Positions 27,792 through 36,127 of a DNA stretch of 64,000 nt are shown one piece after another (position 1 is the stretch's first letter; each line of letters begins with the position of its first letter). Source of the DNA: a virus; IMG/VR virus record IMGVR_UViG_3300048091_000425. One strand, given 5' to 3'. The translations under genes and the position numbers were made by a program. The notes under the pieces were generated by a model. That model saw nothing but the letters and a program-made list of their open reading frames with translations, was not told the DNA's origin and did no database searches.

Positions 27792-28031
27792 TCACGCGTC
27801 CCTTTCGGCTTCCTTGGCCAATTCTTCGGCCTCCCCTTTCGCCATGTCCACCATCAACTTCTTGATGAAGCCTTTGACCTCAACCAGGGTGCCGTCAAAG
27901 CGGCGATCACCCTCAGGGAACGTGATCAGCCACTCAGTGCCGGTCTGGCGTGTGGCCTCATAGATATCGCCTGCGCCGTTTTTCATCTGGAACGTGTCAG
28001 CAGGTTTCTTGGCTGTCTTTTTATTTGGCAT
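27792..28031 (-). CDS. small hypothetical protein
   Basis: 79-aa ORF, GGAG RBS. Confidence 0.68.
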   Translation of the reverse strand: MPNKKTAKKPADTFQMKNGAGDIYEATRQTGTEWLITFPEGDRRFDGTLVEVKGFIKKLMVDMAKGEAEELAKEAERDA

Positions 28032-28052
28032 TACGGATGCTCCACGGCGTGA

Positions 28053-28676
28053 TTAAAGCTCAGAAAACTGGATAGTCTTGAAGGCCTTGAAGTGTGATCT
28101 GATCTTTTCCTTGGCCTCCCTGGGGCTAGAAGCTTTGAAAGACCAACCCATGAAGGTGCAGTCGAAATACGGACGACCCGTCGGGCTATCCTGAACCCAT
28201 TGACCACTGCCATAGCCATGCATGCCGTTGATGGTAAACGCGAGGCTGTCGTAGGCCGGGCAGTCGCAGTCATCGTTACTGCAGCGGCATTGGGAAATAC
28301 CACGCACGGCAATGACGTCCTTGACCTTGCCGGGCTGAGAGACGACAGCTTGATCAGGATCCTCCACCGCTTCCTTGATTTTCAGATAAATACCATGTGA
28401 CCCACACGATTTTTTGACCAATTGCTGGTATGGATGGCCCCACTGAAGCGTGATTAGTGCTCTTTTGTGGCCGTCTTTAACCATGCGCAAAAGGGGCACG
28501 GTGCTGTTTTTGAGCTGTTCGATGAATACCTTATAGTTGGTTTCCTCTTCCGAACTAAGCCCAAACAACACATCACCAGGAACCCATCCCGACGTCGCCA
28601 AACGCTGAAGTAGCAATTCGAGATTTGCGATGTCTTGCCGGGTTGCTGTCGTTGCCGTCGTTTCTGGAGTGGTCAT
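28053..28676 (-). CDS. hypothetical protein
   Basis: 207-aa ORF, first gene after cassette at 28719. Confidence 0.72.
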   Translation of the reverse strand: MTTPETTATTATRQDIANLELLLQRLATSGWVPGDVLFGLSSEEETNYKVFIEQLKNSTVPLLRMVKDGHKRALITLQWGHPYQQLVKKSCGSHGIYLKIKEAVEDPDQAVVSQPGKVKDVIAVRGISQCRCSNDDCDCPAYDSLAFTINGMHGYGSGQWVQDSPTGRPYFDCTFMGWSFKASSPREAKEKIRSHFKAFKTIQFSEL

Positions 28677-28718
28677 ATCAAGGCTCTACCATTGTGGTTG
28701 AATTGCCGCTTCATTTCG

Positions 28719-28790
28719 TGTTTTGACTATAGTCTAAACATAAATCGAATGCTATACTCCGCTCAAATAAATTAATCTCTAGGGTAATAC
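28719..28790. promoter_or_regulatory. promoter cassette: motif A + motif B, divergent junction
   Basis: TGTTTTGACTATAGTCTAAACA at 28719; AAATAAATTAATCTCTAGGGTAATAC at 28765. Confidence 0.8.
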
Positions 28791-28793
28791 GTA

Positions 28794-29477
28794 ATGACCG
28801 AGATCAATTCAGCAGAGAACGACTTCAAGGCCGAGTACGATGCTGCGTGCTCCCCTGCCGATCCAATGTGCCAGACGCCGACTTTTGAGCAATTCCGCCA
28901 GGTCATCAAAGATAAGCTTGAAGAAGAAGGCGAGCATGAAGGCCGTGTACTGCTGCTCGGCTTTGGCGACTTCGACGAGTTCTTTACCTGGCTTGATACC
29001 TTGAACGCCTATGAGGCTCGGGATACGGATGACGTGACCAGCTACCGGGCAGGGCTCGAAGCGATTTACAAGTCACTGGTCGCTGAGTACAAGGCCGTGA
29101 AGGCCTGCCCATTCTGCGGCGACTGTGACTCGAACCTGTCCAACAACGGCATCGAGAGTAATTTCGTGGTTTGTGACTGTGGTGCAGAAGGCCCTCCCGG
29201 CACCGATGACATTCAAGCAGTCATTGAATGGAACCGACGGGCTCAACTCTCAACAGGTGGGATCGTCGGCTATCAAGTGCAGACCCCGGCTGGCGATCAG
29301 TGGGCAGGTCGACCGGAAAATATCATCCTTAGCCAAGCGACGGCGATCAAGGATCTGCGCACGGCTCGAAAAGGCCAAGGGAAGTGGCTCATGGTCGCGG
29401 TGCTGGAAGGCGACGTCGAAAATCCTTCTTTCGAGGATTGGCCCGAATGGCTCATGGGAACGAGAAACGAAGGCTGA
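28794..29477 (+). CDS. protein with Lar-like (restriction alleviation) zinc finger
   Basis: KACPFCGD...VVCDCGAEGP...AVIEWNRRA. Confidence 0.72.
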   Translation: MTEINSAENDFKAEYDAACSPADPMCQTPTFEQFRQVIKDKLEEEGEHEGRVLLLGFGDFDEFFTWLDTLNAYEARDTDDVTSYRAGLEAIYKSLVAEYKAVKACPFCGDCDSNLSNNGIESNFVVCDCGAEGPPGTDDIQAVIEWNRRAQLSTGGIVGYQVQTPAGDQWAGRPENIILSQATAIKDLRTARKGQGKWLMVAVLEGDVENPSFEDWPEWLMGTRNEG

Positions 29478-29538
29478 AGGCCGTCAGAAGCCTTGACCCA
29501 AACAAAAAACCTCTGACTTAAGCTGGGAGCAAAAAGAC

Positions 29539-29727
29539 ATGAGCGCACTGATCAGCACACAAGGTGGCCGTTATCTCAAAGCAGAAGCTGAGCGTATGGC
29601 CGGCGAACTTCAGATGGGCGACAGCGATTGGACGTACTCCGCTGTTCCCGCGCCTGGAAACTGCGGCTTGTTCTGCATTGAAGTGCGTGAACGCGATGGT
29701 GCATTGGTCGGGCGGTTCGGCCAGTAA
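29539..29727 (+). CDS. small hypothetical protein
   Basis: GGAG RBS, 62 aa, followed by terminator 29749-29773. Confidence 0.65.
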   Translation: MSALISTQGGRYLKAEAERMAGELQMGDSDWTYSAVPAPGNCGLFCIEVRERDGALVGRFGQ

Positions 29728-29879
29728 GAGGTTTCTTCGACGCATAACAGCCCCGGCAACTGCCGGGGTTTTTCGTTTATGACCACCGGAATGATTATTT
29801 GAGGCGCGTCCAAATGAGATGCTTGCGGAGATGGGAATGACTCTCATAAAGTGAGGCCTCACCCATTGGAGACACCCAC

Positions 29880-30314
29880 ATGAACGACTGGAAAGCATCA
29901 CTGCAGGAAGCCCTGGAATCCGCTCATAGCGTTGCATTCACCTTTGCCGCGTCAATGGATGACTACAAGCGTTTCGACGGGGCTATCGAGATCTTGGGGG
30001 CCCTGATCGAGGGTGACGATGATATTGATGAAGAGGCCCTGCCGTACCTGCGTGTACGCAGCTCATCCGGGGAGGTTTTCCTCGCAGAGCCAGATGAACT
30101 TCGAAGCAACGACCTGGCGTCCTTGACCCGCTTGATTGAGGCAGTAGCTCGACCCTTCGCTCTCGCGAGAGAGGTCGGATATGCAAGCCCTGGCGATCTG
30201 ATGAATTACGGAACCGAACAAGAACGATCAGCCTTACTTTCCGGCATTCAGACCCAGAGAAGACCAAGTTTTTGGCCCTCGTCGATCTTAGACCTGGCTA
30301 AACGTTGTGTTTGA
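29880..30314 (+). CDS. hypothetical protein, tandem paralogue 1
   Basis: MNDWKA...EALPY..V....GEVF.A..DEL shared with next gene. Confidence 0.78.
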   Translation: MNDWKASLQEALESAHSVAFTFAASMDDYKRFDGAIEILGALIEGDDDIDEEALPYLRVRSSSGEVFLAEPDELRSNDLASLTRLIEAVARPFALAREVGYASPGDLMNYGTEQERSALLSGIQTQRRPSFWPSSILDLAKRCV

Positions 30315-30345
30315 CCCGTTCAACTCAACCATTGGAGACGCCCTC

Positions 30346-30726
30346 ATGAACGATTGGAAAGCCCCACTGCTGAACGCCCTTGAAGCCGCTCAGACGCTTG
30401 AGATTCGCTTTAACTCAGTCATGGACTGCACCAGGCACTTAAACGGCCCTGTGACGCTGCTGGGCGCCGTGATCGAGCGCAACGAGGACTATGACGATGA
30501 AGCCCTTCCCTATTTCTTCGTCAAGGCTGCTGATGGCGAAGTGTTCCAGGCTGGAGAGGATGAGCTGCAGGTAATCCATGAGGCTGATCAGCCAACCTTA
30601 AACAACCTTATTCAAGTGGTGGCCATGCCGTTTGCGCATGCCCGAGACGCTGGCTGGTTGAGCCCCGGCCACCTAATGGACGAAGGTTCAGACGAACAAA
30701 AGGCCAGTTTCCTGGCCTCTCTTTGA
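30346..30726 (+). CDS. hypothetical protein, tandem paralogue 2
   Basis: Same leader ACCATTGGAGAC and MNDWKA start as 29880. Confidence 0.78.
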   Translation: MNDWKAPLLNALEAAQTLEIRFNSVMDCTRHLNGPVTLLGAVIERNEDYDDEALPYFFVKAADGEVFQAGEDELQVIHEADQPTLNNLIQVVAMPFAHARDAGWLSPGHLMDEGSDEQKASFLASL

Positions 30727-30770
30727 CGCTTGATCAATGGTTGGAGCTGGCCATGGGGCCGGCCCCACCG

Positions 30771-31172
30771 TCAGGCTGTCTGGCTGGCGGGTGCGCGACC
30801 CAGGTTGATCACTACAGCCAGTATCCAGATGCTGGCGATCACCGTCAGGCTGGTCAGGTGCATGAAGCTCAAGACCAGAGCAGCGAGCTGGCCAGCCAGG
30901 ATAACGCTGGCAAAGGCGACGGCGTGAGCATGCCCCTTGAACTTCAGAAAAAGCAGCAGGCCGACAACGTCGAGGACGCCCATGATTGCCCCGCTGAACA
31001 CACCGAGGAACGGGTAGGCGCTGAAGGTGCCCAGCAGGCAATCCATCAGAAACACCACGACGACCAGCAGCGACAGGCCCTGGCGCGGATATTCGGCCAA
31101 GGATTTGTGGTCAAAACGGAACAGCAAGGTGTTCCAGGCATGGCGGGCAGTCAACAGAATAAATGGGTGCAC
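30771..31172 (-). CDS. integral membrane protein
   Basis: About four hydrophobic helices. Confidence 0.7.
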   Translation of the reverse strand: MHPFILLTARHAWNTLLFRFDHKSLAEYPRQGLSLLVVVVFLMDCLLGTFSAYPFLGVFSGAIMGVLDVVGLLLFLKFKGHAHAVAFASVILAGQLAALVLSFMHLTSLTVIASIWILAVVINLGRAPASQTA

Positions 31173-31175
31173 GGG

Positions 31176-31571
31176 TTACGCTCCGGTGGGTCTAGGGGTT
31201 GGTTTGGCCAGTTCTTCGGCGATTTCAAGATCGATTTGGCGCAGGGCTGCCGCAGCACTCTGCTCAAGGTTGTAGCGTGTCTGGCGCAGGGCATCGAGCC
31301 GAGACGAATACAAAGCGCATGCACCCTGCGTATCAGGCCTTAGCGGCCTGGTGTTACCTTCGCTGAACGTTCCATGGTGTACGCGGTTGGTCACAGCCTT
31401 CATGGGGCGATTCCAGTTGACCGACGCGTTTCCTTGCTTGAACCCATAGAGGTTGTTGCTGGTTTCCAGATTCAGCGGTCTTACATCTGGTGCGATAGCA
31501 CCGGTGTGCTGCAAAGCCAGCTGGATTTCCAGCTGCTCCACGTATTCTTTTTCCGCTTTGCTCATCGCCAT
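31176..31571 (-). CDS. phage-like hypothetical protein, tandem paralogue
   Basis: MSKxExxYVxQLE..LALxHT...DALR..RY.LEQ.AAAALR.IDLEI shared with 31562-31969. Confidence 0.75.
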   Translation of the reverse strand: MAMSKAEKEYVEQLEIQLALQHTGAIAPDVRPLNLETSNNLYGFKQGNASVNWNRPMKAVTNRVHHGTFSEGNTRPLRPDTQGACALYSSRLDALRQTRYNLEQSAAAALRQIDLEIAEELAKPTPRPTGA

Positions 31572-31969
31572 TGGGGTAGCTCCACATGACAAGGATCGGT
31601 TGGGTTCTCATCTTCCTTGAGAATTTCCAGATCAATGGCTCGCAAGGCGGCAGCGGCCTGCTGCTCCAGCTCGTAACGCATGTGTCGCAAGGCGTCCCGA
31701 CGAGTCGAGTGCAGCCGAATGCCCTTTTGAGAAGACACCCTTGGAGGCTTCTCACTGCCAATGCCACTCGATCCGTGACCTGACCTCGTGGTGACCGCCC
31801 TGTTTGGACGAAACCATTCAACGCGCACATGCCCACGGGAAAAGCCGAACGTTTCCTTGTCGCCGACGGTTTCAGGGTCAATATCGTGATCGACCGGCGC
31901 CGTGTGCCTCAGGGCCAACCGGGCTTCTAGCTGGTCGACGTAGTCACGTTCCTTTTTGCTCATCGGCAT
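31562..31969 (-). CDS. phage-like hypothetical protein, tandem paralogue
   Basis: See 31176; GTGGAG RBS. Confidence 0.75.
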   Translation of the reverse strand: MPMSKKERDYVDQLEARLALRHTAPVDHDIDPETVGDKETFGFSRGHVRVEWFRPNRAVTTRSGHGSSGIGSEKPPRVSSQKGIRLHSTRRDALRHMRYELEQQAAAALRAIDLEILKEDENPTDPCHVELPQWR

Positions 31970-32382
31970 TTCTTGGACTCCACCTGACAATAACGAATCA
32001 ACGCTGATATGGAACCACACCCCCGCTCGATGGATAGAGCGATGCGGTGATAACCATCAACAATCTTAAGCTCACCGGCAGCATCCATGAACAGGATGAT
32101 GGGAGCTATATCCTGGGGAGGCATTGAACGCAGGCTGCCCAGGCGCTCATTCCATTCTTCCGGTGTTTCACGCTTCCCCGGAGAAGGCTTTTCCCATTGG
32201 ATCGGGACACAGGCAGAAAACCACATCGGCTCGCCTTCAAAATCCTCCGGCTCAAGAATGTCCTCGACATTCTCACAGACAGCCTCTACAGCCTCCCATG
32301 TGTTTTCAATCAGCCGGGCCGATTGAAGCCAATGATGCTGGGGCAGCACAGCGAGGACAGTCGCATTCAAGCCGGTAGTCAT
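31960..32382 (-). CDS. small ParB/sulfiredoxin-like domain protein
   Basis: PIILF...LKIVDGYHRIALS motif. Confidence 0.65.
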   Translation of the reverse strand: MTTGLNATVLAVLPQHHWLQSARLIENTWEAVEAVCENVEDILEPEDFEGEPMWFSACVPIQWEKPSPGKRETPEEWNERLGSLRSMPPQDIAPIILFMDAAGELKIVDGYHRIALSIERGCGSISALIRYCQVESKKCR

Positions 32383-32433
32383 CTTTAGCCTTCACGCATA
32401 AACCAGATGGCGTCAATATATAGCAAATTACCA

Positions 32434-32655
32434 TCAAGCGGCAATGCGGCGCTTTCGAGAATTGACAATAATTTTCCCTTCGACACGCACCTGGCGTGAC
32501 TTCAGGCCCTTACGGATCTCGCGCAGGTTATGGGTGTTGAAGTACAGCGGATGCTTCGCATGGGCGATCTGAGCAACCGCGAGCGGTAGATTGCCGCTGC
32601 TGAACTTCAGATCGACAGAAACCAAGGTCATAACGGGGATAGCCAACGGCAGCAT
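32434..32655 (-). CDS. small basic hypothetical protein
   Basis: 73-aa ORF, weak RBS. Confidence 0.4.
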   Translation of the reverse strand: MLPLAIPVMTLVSVDLKFSSGNLPLAVAQIAHAKHPLYFNTHNLREIRKGLKSRQVRVEGKIIVNSRKRRIAA

Positions 32656-32678
32656 GGGGTTTGCTCACAAAATAAAGG

Positions 32679-32712
32679 CAAAAAAAGACCCCGCCAGATG
32701 ACTGGCGGGGTT
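32679..32712 (-). terminator. terminator of tRNA operon
   Basis: CCCCGCCAG-TCAT-CTGGCGGGG then T-run on minus strand. Confidence 0.8.
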
Positions 32713-32771
32713 GTAGAAAAGTTACATCAGGGAAATACATCAGAGCGTGCAGCAAAATCGGTACAGAAAAC

Positions 32772-32848
32772 TGGTGTTAGGAGCGAGATTCGAACTCGCG
32801 GCCTGTCGCTTAGGAGGCAACCGCTCTATCCAGCTGAGCTATCCCAAC
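32772..32848 (-). tRNA. tRNA-Arg(CCT)
   Basis: 77-nt cloverleaf GTTGGGA..TCCTAAC-A-CCA, anticodon loop CT-CCT-AA, GTTCGAATC T-loop. Confidence 0.93.
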
Positions 32849-32861
32849 GTGTATCAGAATT

Positions 32862-32935
<74 letters not shown>

Positions 32936-33046
32936 AAGTCCTGAAACCGGCGAACCAGCCCCAGGGTACGACAGCACCCCCACCACAGAGACAGCTAGCG
33001 TGCTTTGTGCAGACACCCTACGGACGTCCACGAAACCGGTGTTGCT

Positions 33047-33112
33047 GTATTCGTGAATCTCAGAAGTGGATTTGAACCCCCATTCTGCCCCGCCACTGAG
33101 ACTCACGAATAC
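33047..33112 (-). ncRNA. anticodon-less tRNA-like element in the tRNA operon spacer
   Basis: 17-bp stem enclosing AGTGG D-loop-like and GGTTCAAATCC T-loop-like motifs. Confidence 0.45.
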
Positions 33113-33143
33113 ACACTGTTTACGGTCAGTGAATCGTGTTTCT

Positions 33144-33220
33144 TGGCGCACCCGGCTGGACTCGAACCAGCGACCATCCGCTTAGAAGGCGGATGCTCTA
33201 TCCAGCTGAGCTACGGGCAC
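33144..33220 (-). tRNA. tRNA-Arg(TCT)
   Basis: 77-nt cloverleaf, anticodon loop CT-TCT-AA, GGTTCGAGTCC, CCA end. Confidence 0.95.
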
Positions 33221-33269
33221 GTATCTCAAAACTCGCCAGCGAGGTGGTTTATGTCTCGCTGTGGTTTCC

Positions 33270-33298
33270 AATCTACGCCGCTGTTGCCAAGGTGTCAA
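33270..33298 (-). promoter_or_regulatory. sigma70 promoter of tRNA operon
   Basis: TTGACA-17-TAGATT on minus strand. Confidence 0.75.
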
Positions 33299-33326
33299 TA
33301 CTTACCAAATGAAAATCAGCGAGGTC

Positions 33327-33527
33327 TCACGGCTTCATCACACGCGACAGCTTACGAAGGCGCAGCACAGACTCCATCTGCGCCTCATCGAGCGCCTTGA
33401 CTGGCTTTTTCATGTTCTGCAAATCCTGGGCGCAGAGATTCACGTCGCGAGTCTCAATATAGTTGGCCCACATGCTCAGCGCTTGGGCGATCAATTCGTT
33501 GTCCGTCATTTGATTCAAGTGGCTCAT
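33327..33527 (-). CDS. small hypothetical protein
   Basis: GGAG RBS before ATG 33527. Confidence 0.65.
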   Translation of the reverse strand: MSHLNQMTDNELIAQALSMWANYIETRDVNLCAQDLQNMKKPVKALDEAQMESVLRLRKLSRVMKP

Positions 33528-33694
33528 ATGTTTCTCCAATGGTGGTTGCAATGATTCTGACAAGCTTAGCTGGGTTATTCACCCAGAGGAACGAATCTCC
33601 CCTTCGGTGTTCACTCCCTGCTGATCACCCGCAAGCTGCTTTATTCAGGCAAAAAGGATCCCAAAAATAATGTCAATTTACTACCATTATCATG

Positions 33695-33716
33695 TGTTTG
33701 AGGTATACTCATAACA
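33695..33716 (+). promoter_or_regulatory. motif-A palindrome
   Basis: TGTTTGAGGTATACTCATAACA upstream of 33742 operon. Confidence 0.75.
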
Positions 33717-33741
33717 CCCCACCAAGATAGGTTCAACCATC

Positions 33742-34230
33742 ATGTCGAGCACCCTCTTTCCGACCCTGCATATGGCCAAGAAGGTTGGCTTTGCTGTCAC
33801 CCGAAAGCATGACCATGAAGGCGGTTCCACCGACACCATCAAGCTCGCTGGCAAGAAAGTAGGAACCGTCTACCACCTGCCCTACGGTGCTGGTGAAGAT
33901 TTTCATATCCCCGCTGATATCATCGCCGATGTGGCCAAAGGATTTGTGGAGCAGGGTTTTAAGAACAGTCACCCTGAGTTGTTCCCAAAACCAACCAATG
34001 AGTTGTGGCTGCTGAGCATCTGCTACGCCGTACTCAACGAAACCGTTGACCTGAAAAAGATCAAGCGAAAAGCCAAAACGAATATTATGTTTGTTGAGAA
34101 AGGTGCCGAGTTTGGCAATTACATTGAAGTCACGGCACCTTTCACCCCAGAAATGAAGGCGAAAGTGATCAGACAGAGTCCTCCTGACAGCATTGCCTAC
34201 TTCATCAACGAAGATATCGCCGAGCTATGA
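33742..34230 (+). CDS. hypothetical protein
   Basis: 162-aa ORF. Confidence 0.72.
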   Translation: MSSTLFPTLHMAKKVGFAVTRKHDHEGGSTDTIKLAGKKVGTVYHLPYGAGEDFHIPADIIADVAKGFVEQGFKNSHPELFPKPTNELWLLSICYAVLNETVDLKKIKRKAKTNIMFVEKGAEFGNYIEVTAPFTPEMKAKVIRQSPPDSIAYFINEDIAEL

Positions 34231-34646
34231 GAGATAAAACCGTGAATGCGTTCATCAACCCCGCCGAGGCAGAAGACCGCAATGTCCTCTGCGGAGGTTG
34301 CGGTGGAGCCGTGAAAGGACACTGGTCTAAGTGTCCTCATTGCGATACTAAATTCCATGCTAACAAATGGGGCTACGCCCGCCTGTGCAAGAACCCCAAT
34401 TGCATTCGTACTGAGAGTGCCGGGCATCCCCACGGCTTGTGCAAGCATCACTACCAGCTGCGCAAGTACCGGCAGACGCAGTCAGCGCTCCAGGCCAATT
34501 GCAGCTGTGGCGGAAAAGTAAGCTTTGGCCACAGTGACTGCTCTCGCTGCCGCTCTCTCAAGGAGAAGAGAGAAGAATCGCAACACCGCTGTCAATGCCA
34601 ATGTGGTGGCCTCGGATGCCAGTCGATAAAGGAGCAGGATCAATGA
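34227..34646 (+). CDS. Cys-rich multi-zinc-ribbon protein
   Basis: Several CxxC pairs; ATGA overlap with previous gene. Confidence 0.68.
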   Translation: MRDKTVNAFINPAEAEDRNVLCGGCGGAVKGHWSKCPHCDTKFHANKWGYARLCKNPNCIRTESAGHPHGLCKHHYQLRKYRQTQSALQANCSCGGKVSFGHSDCSRCRSLKEKREESQHRCQCQCGGLGCQSIKEQDQ

Positions 34647-34831
34647 CCAAGCTGCACATGTGGAGCCGTCTCGGCATGCTGGGAAAAATCGTTGTCCGCT
34701 GTGGTCGCAAGGTGAAAGCGACTGAGTTCACCGACCAGGCCTCAAAGGTGACGTGCCAGGCCTGCCTGAATGCCATGGCCAAGGCGCCCAGCTTCAAGGA
34801 TCGTCTGAATCAAGGGAGCGCCCAATCGTGA
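34643..34831 (+). CDS. small zinc-finger protein
   Basis: VRCG...VTCQAC; AGGAG RBS. Confidence 0.6.
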   Translation: MTKLHMWSRLGMLGKIVVRCGRKVKATEFTDQASKVTCQACLNAMAKAPSFKDRLNQGSAQS

Positions 34832-35115
34832 GCCGTGAACCTGAGATCGCCACCCCGTACACCCACCCCGACCATGAAACAATTGGCCGCATCTTCAAAT
34901 TTTGGGATGGTCACCGGTATTACTGCGATTCCTGGGAGGAAAATCTAGGTTTCTGGATGACCCGTGTGGACGCACCGCCTGAAAATCGTGCCGATAAAAT
35001 GGGCGAGTTCCGCAAAAACGTGTCGGAGCGGGCTATTGGTCGAACGTTCCATCGTGACTACACAGCCAGCGGTGAGCGCGAAGGCCTGGAATTTGTAAAA
35101 CAAAACGCCCCGTAA
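34828..35115 (+). CDS. hypothetical protein
   Basis: GTGA overlap, GGGAG RBS; ends at bidirectional terminator 35102-35128. Confidence 0.62.
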   Translation: MSREPEIATPYTHPDHETIGRIFKFWDGHRYYCDSWEENLGFWMTRVDAPPENRADKMGEFRKNVSERAIGRTFHRDYTASGEREGLEFVKQNAP

Positions 35116-35141
35116 AGGGGCGTTTTTTATAGTCGGTACAG

Positions 35142-35471
35142 TCAGAAGCCCGTCACCTTATCAATGGCTATTTTAATCGCCTCCACCTCGCTCTCCGCCA
35201 TGCGCCTGGTCAATCGGGTGAAGTAGCCGGTCACGATCAGCAACAGCCCGATGAGCCCAATGAGGAGAATGGCGCCGCCCAGACCACTCATGAATGAGAT
35301 CAGGCCGCCCATGGCCAGGATAAAAGCCCCCAGATTCATAACCATTTCAGCCACCTTGTACAGGCTGATACGGAAATTCAATACCTCCAGGCGCTCCTGT
35401 TCCGAAGTGGTGTCGACGTGGACACTGCCGGCCATGCTCGCCCTTCCCTTTGCACTCAGGTTTGTGGTCAT
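35142..35471 (-). CDS. two-helix membrane protein
   Basis: Two hydrophobic segments. Confidence 0.68.
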   Translation of the reverse strand: MTTNLSAKGRASMAGSVHVDTTSEQERLEVLNFRISLYKVAEMVMNLGAFILAMGGLISFMSGLGGAILLIGLIGLLLIVTGYFTRLTRRMAESEVEAIKIAIDKVTGF

Positions 35472-35477
35472 TTTGCT

Positions 35478-35720
35478 TCAGTTCTCCGGGTGATCGATGG
35501 GCCCGGCCCATTCGATGATCCACGACGAATCAGGTAGCGCTTGTGCAGCCGCCCGTGTGTGCTCGTCGTCTACGGCATTGATGCCGTCTTGCTTTTTGTC
35601 TCGCCAGTGCCTGGGCCATTCGCCACAGTAAGGCAGCTCGATGACTCTCACCCCACCGCGTTGACGCTGGAAGTAAAAGCCTGGAATGGTGGGCACCTCA
35701 TCGGTGTAAAGCAAACCCAT
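35478..35720 (-). CDS. small phage-like hypothetical protein
   Basis: DEVPTIPGFY...WAGPI motif. Confidence 0.65.
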   Translation of the reverse strand: MGLLYTDEVPTIPGFYFQRQRGGVRVIELPYCGEWPRHWRDKKQDGINAVDDEHTRAAAQALPDSSWIIEWAGPIDHPEN

Positions 35721-35731
35721 GGCGACACCCT

Positions 35732-35947
35732 CTACAGGATAATGAGTTCTTTGTTTTGGCCCGTGATCGGGTCGTGAATCAGGATCTGTTTACCACCTTG
35801 AAGCTCTTTGCGCAGGCGGTGCTGTAGGGCCACGGTTTGACGCAAGACTTCGGTTTTGGTGACTCCGCTGTCATCAGCCATTTCAATCATCAGTGTCATG
35901 GTGTCTTGCGGCAACTTCACCGTCAGCTTGTGCTTCTCCATCGGCAT
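35732..35947 (-). CDS. ribbon-helix-helix (CopG-like) DNA-binding protein
   Basis: KLTVKLP..T...M..MA..SGVTKTEVLRQ.V. Confidence 0.75.
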   Translation of the reverse strand: MPMEKHKLTVKLPQDTMTLMIEMADDSGVTKTEVLRQTVALQHRLRKELQGGKQILIHDPITGQNKELIIL

Positions 35948-36127
35948 TCCCCAATTTGTCATTACATGCGATTCGTTTGCATATGATGGTACGGCTTTGT
36001 GCCGTACACAAGCATATTCGAAAGAAAATAGTAAATTGCCATACCGTCCGAAGCGGGCAACAAAAAAAGCCCGCACTCGGCGGGCTTTTTTACAGAATGT
36101 CCTTGAAAATCAAGAACTTAGTGATGT

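Noticed and set aside
32434-32655. CsrA/RsmA homologue
   Set aside because: Size and basic C-terminus are similar, but MLILTRR, VRIG and VHREE signatures are absent
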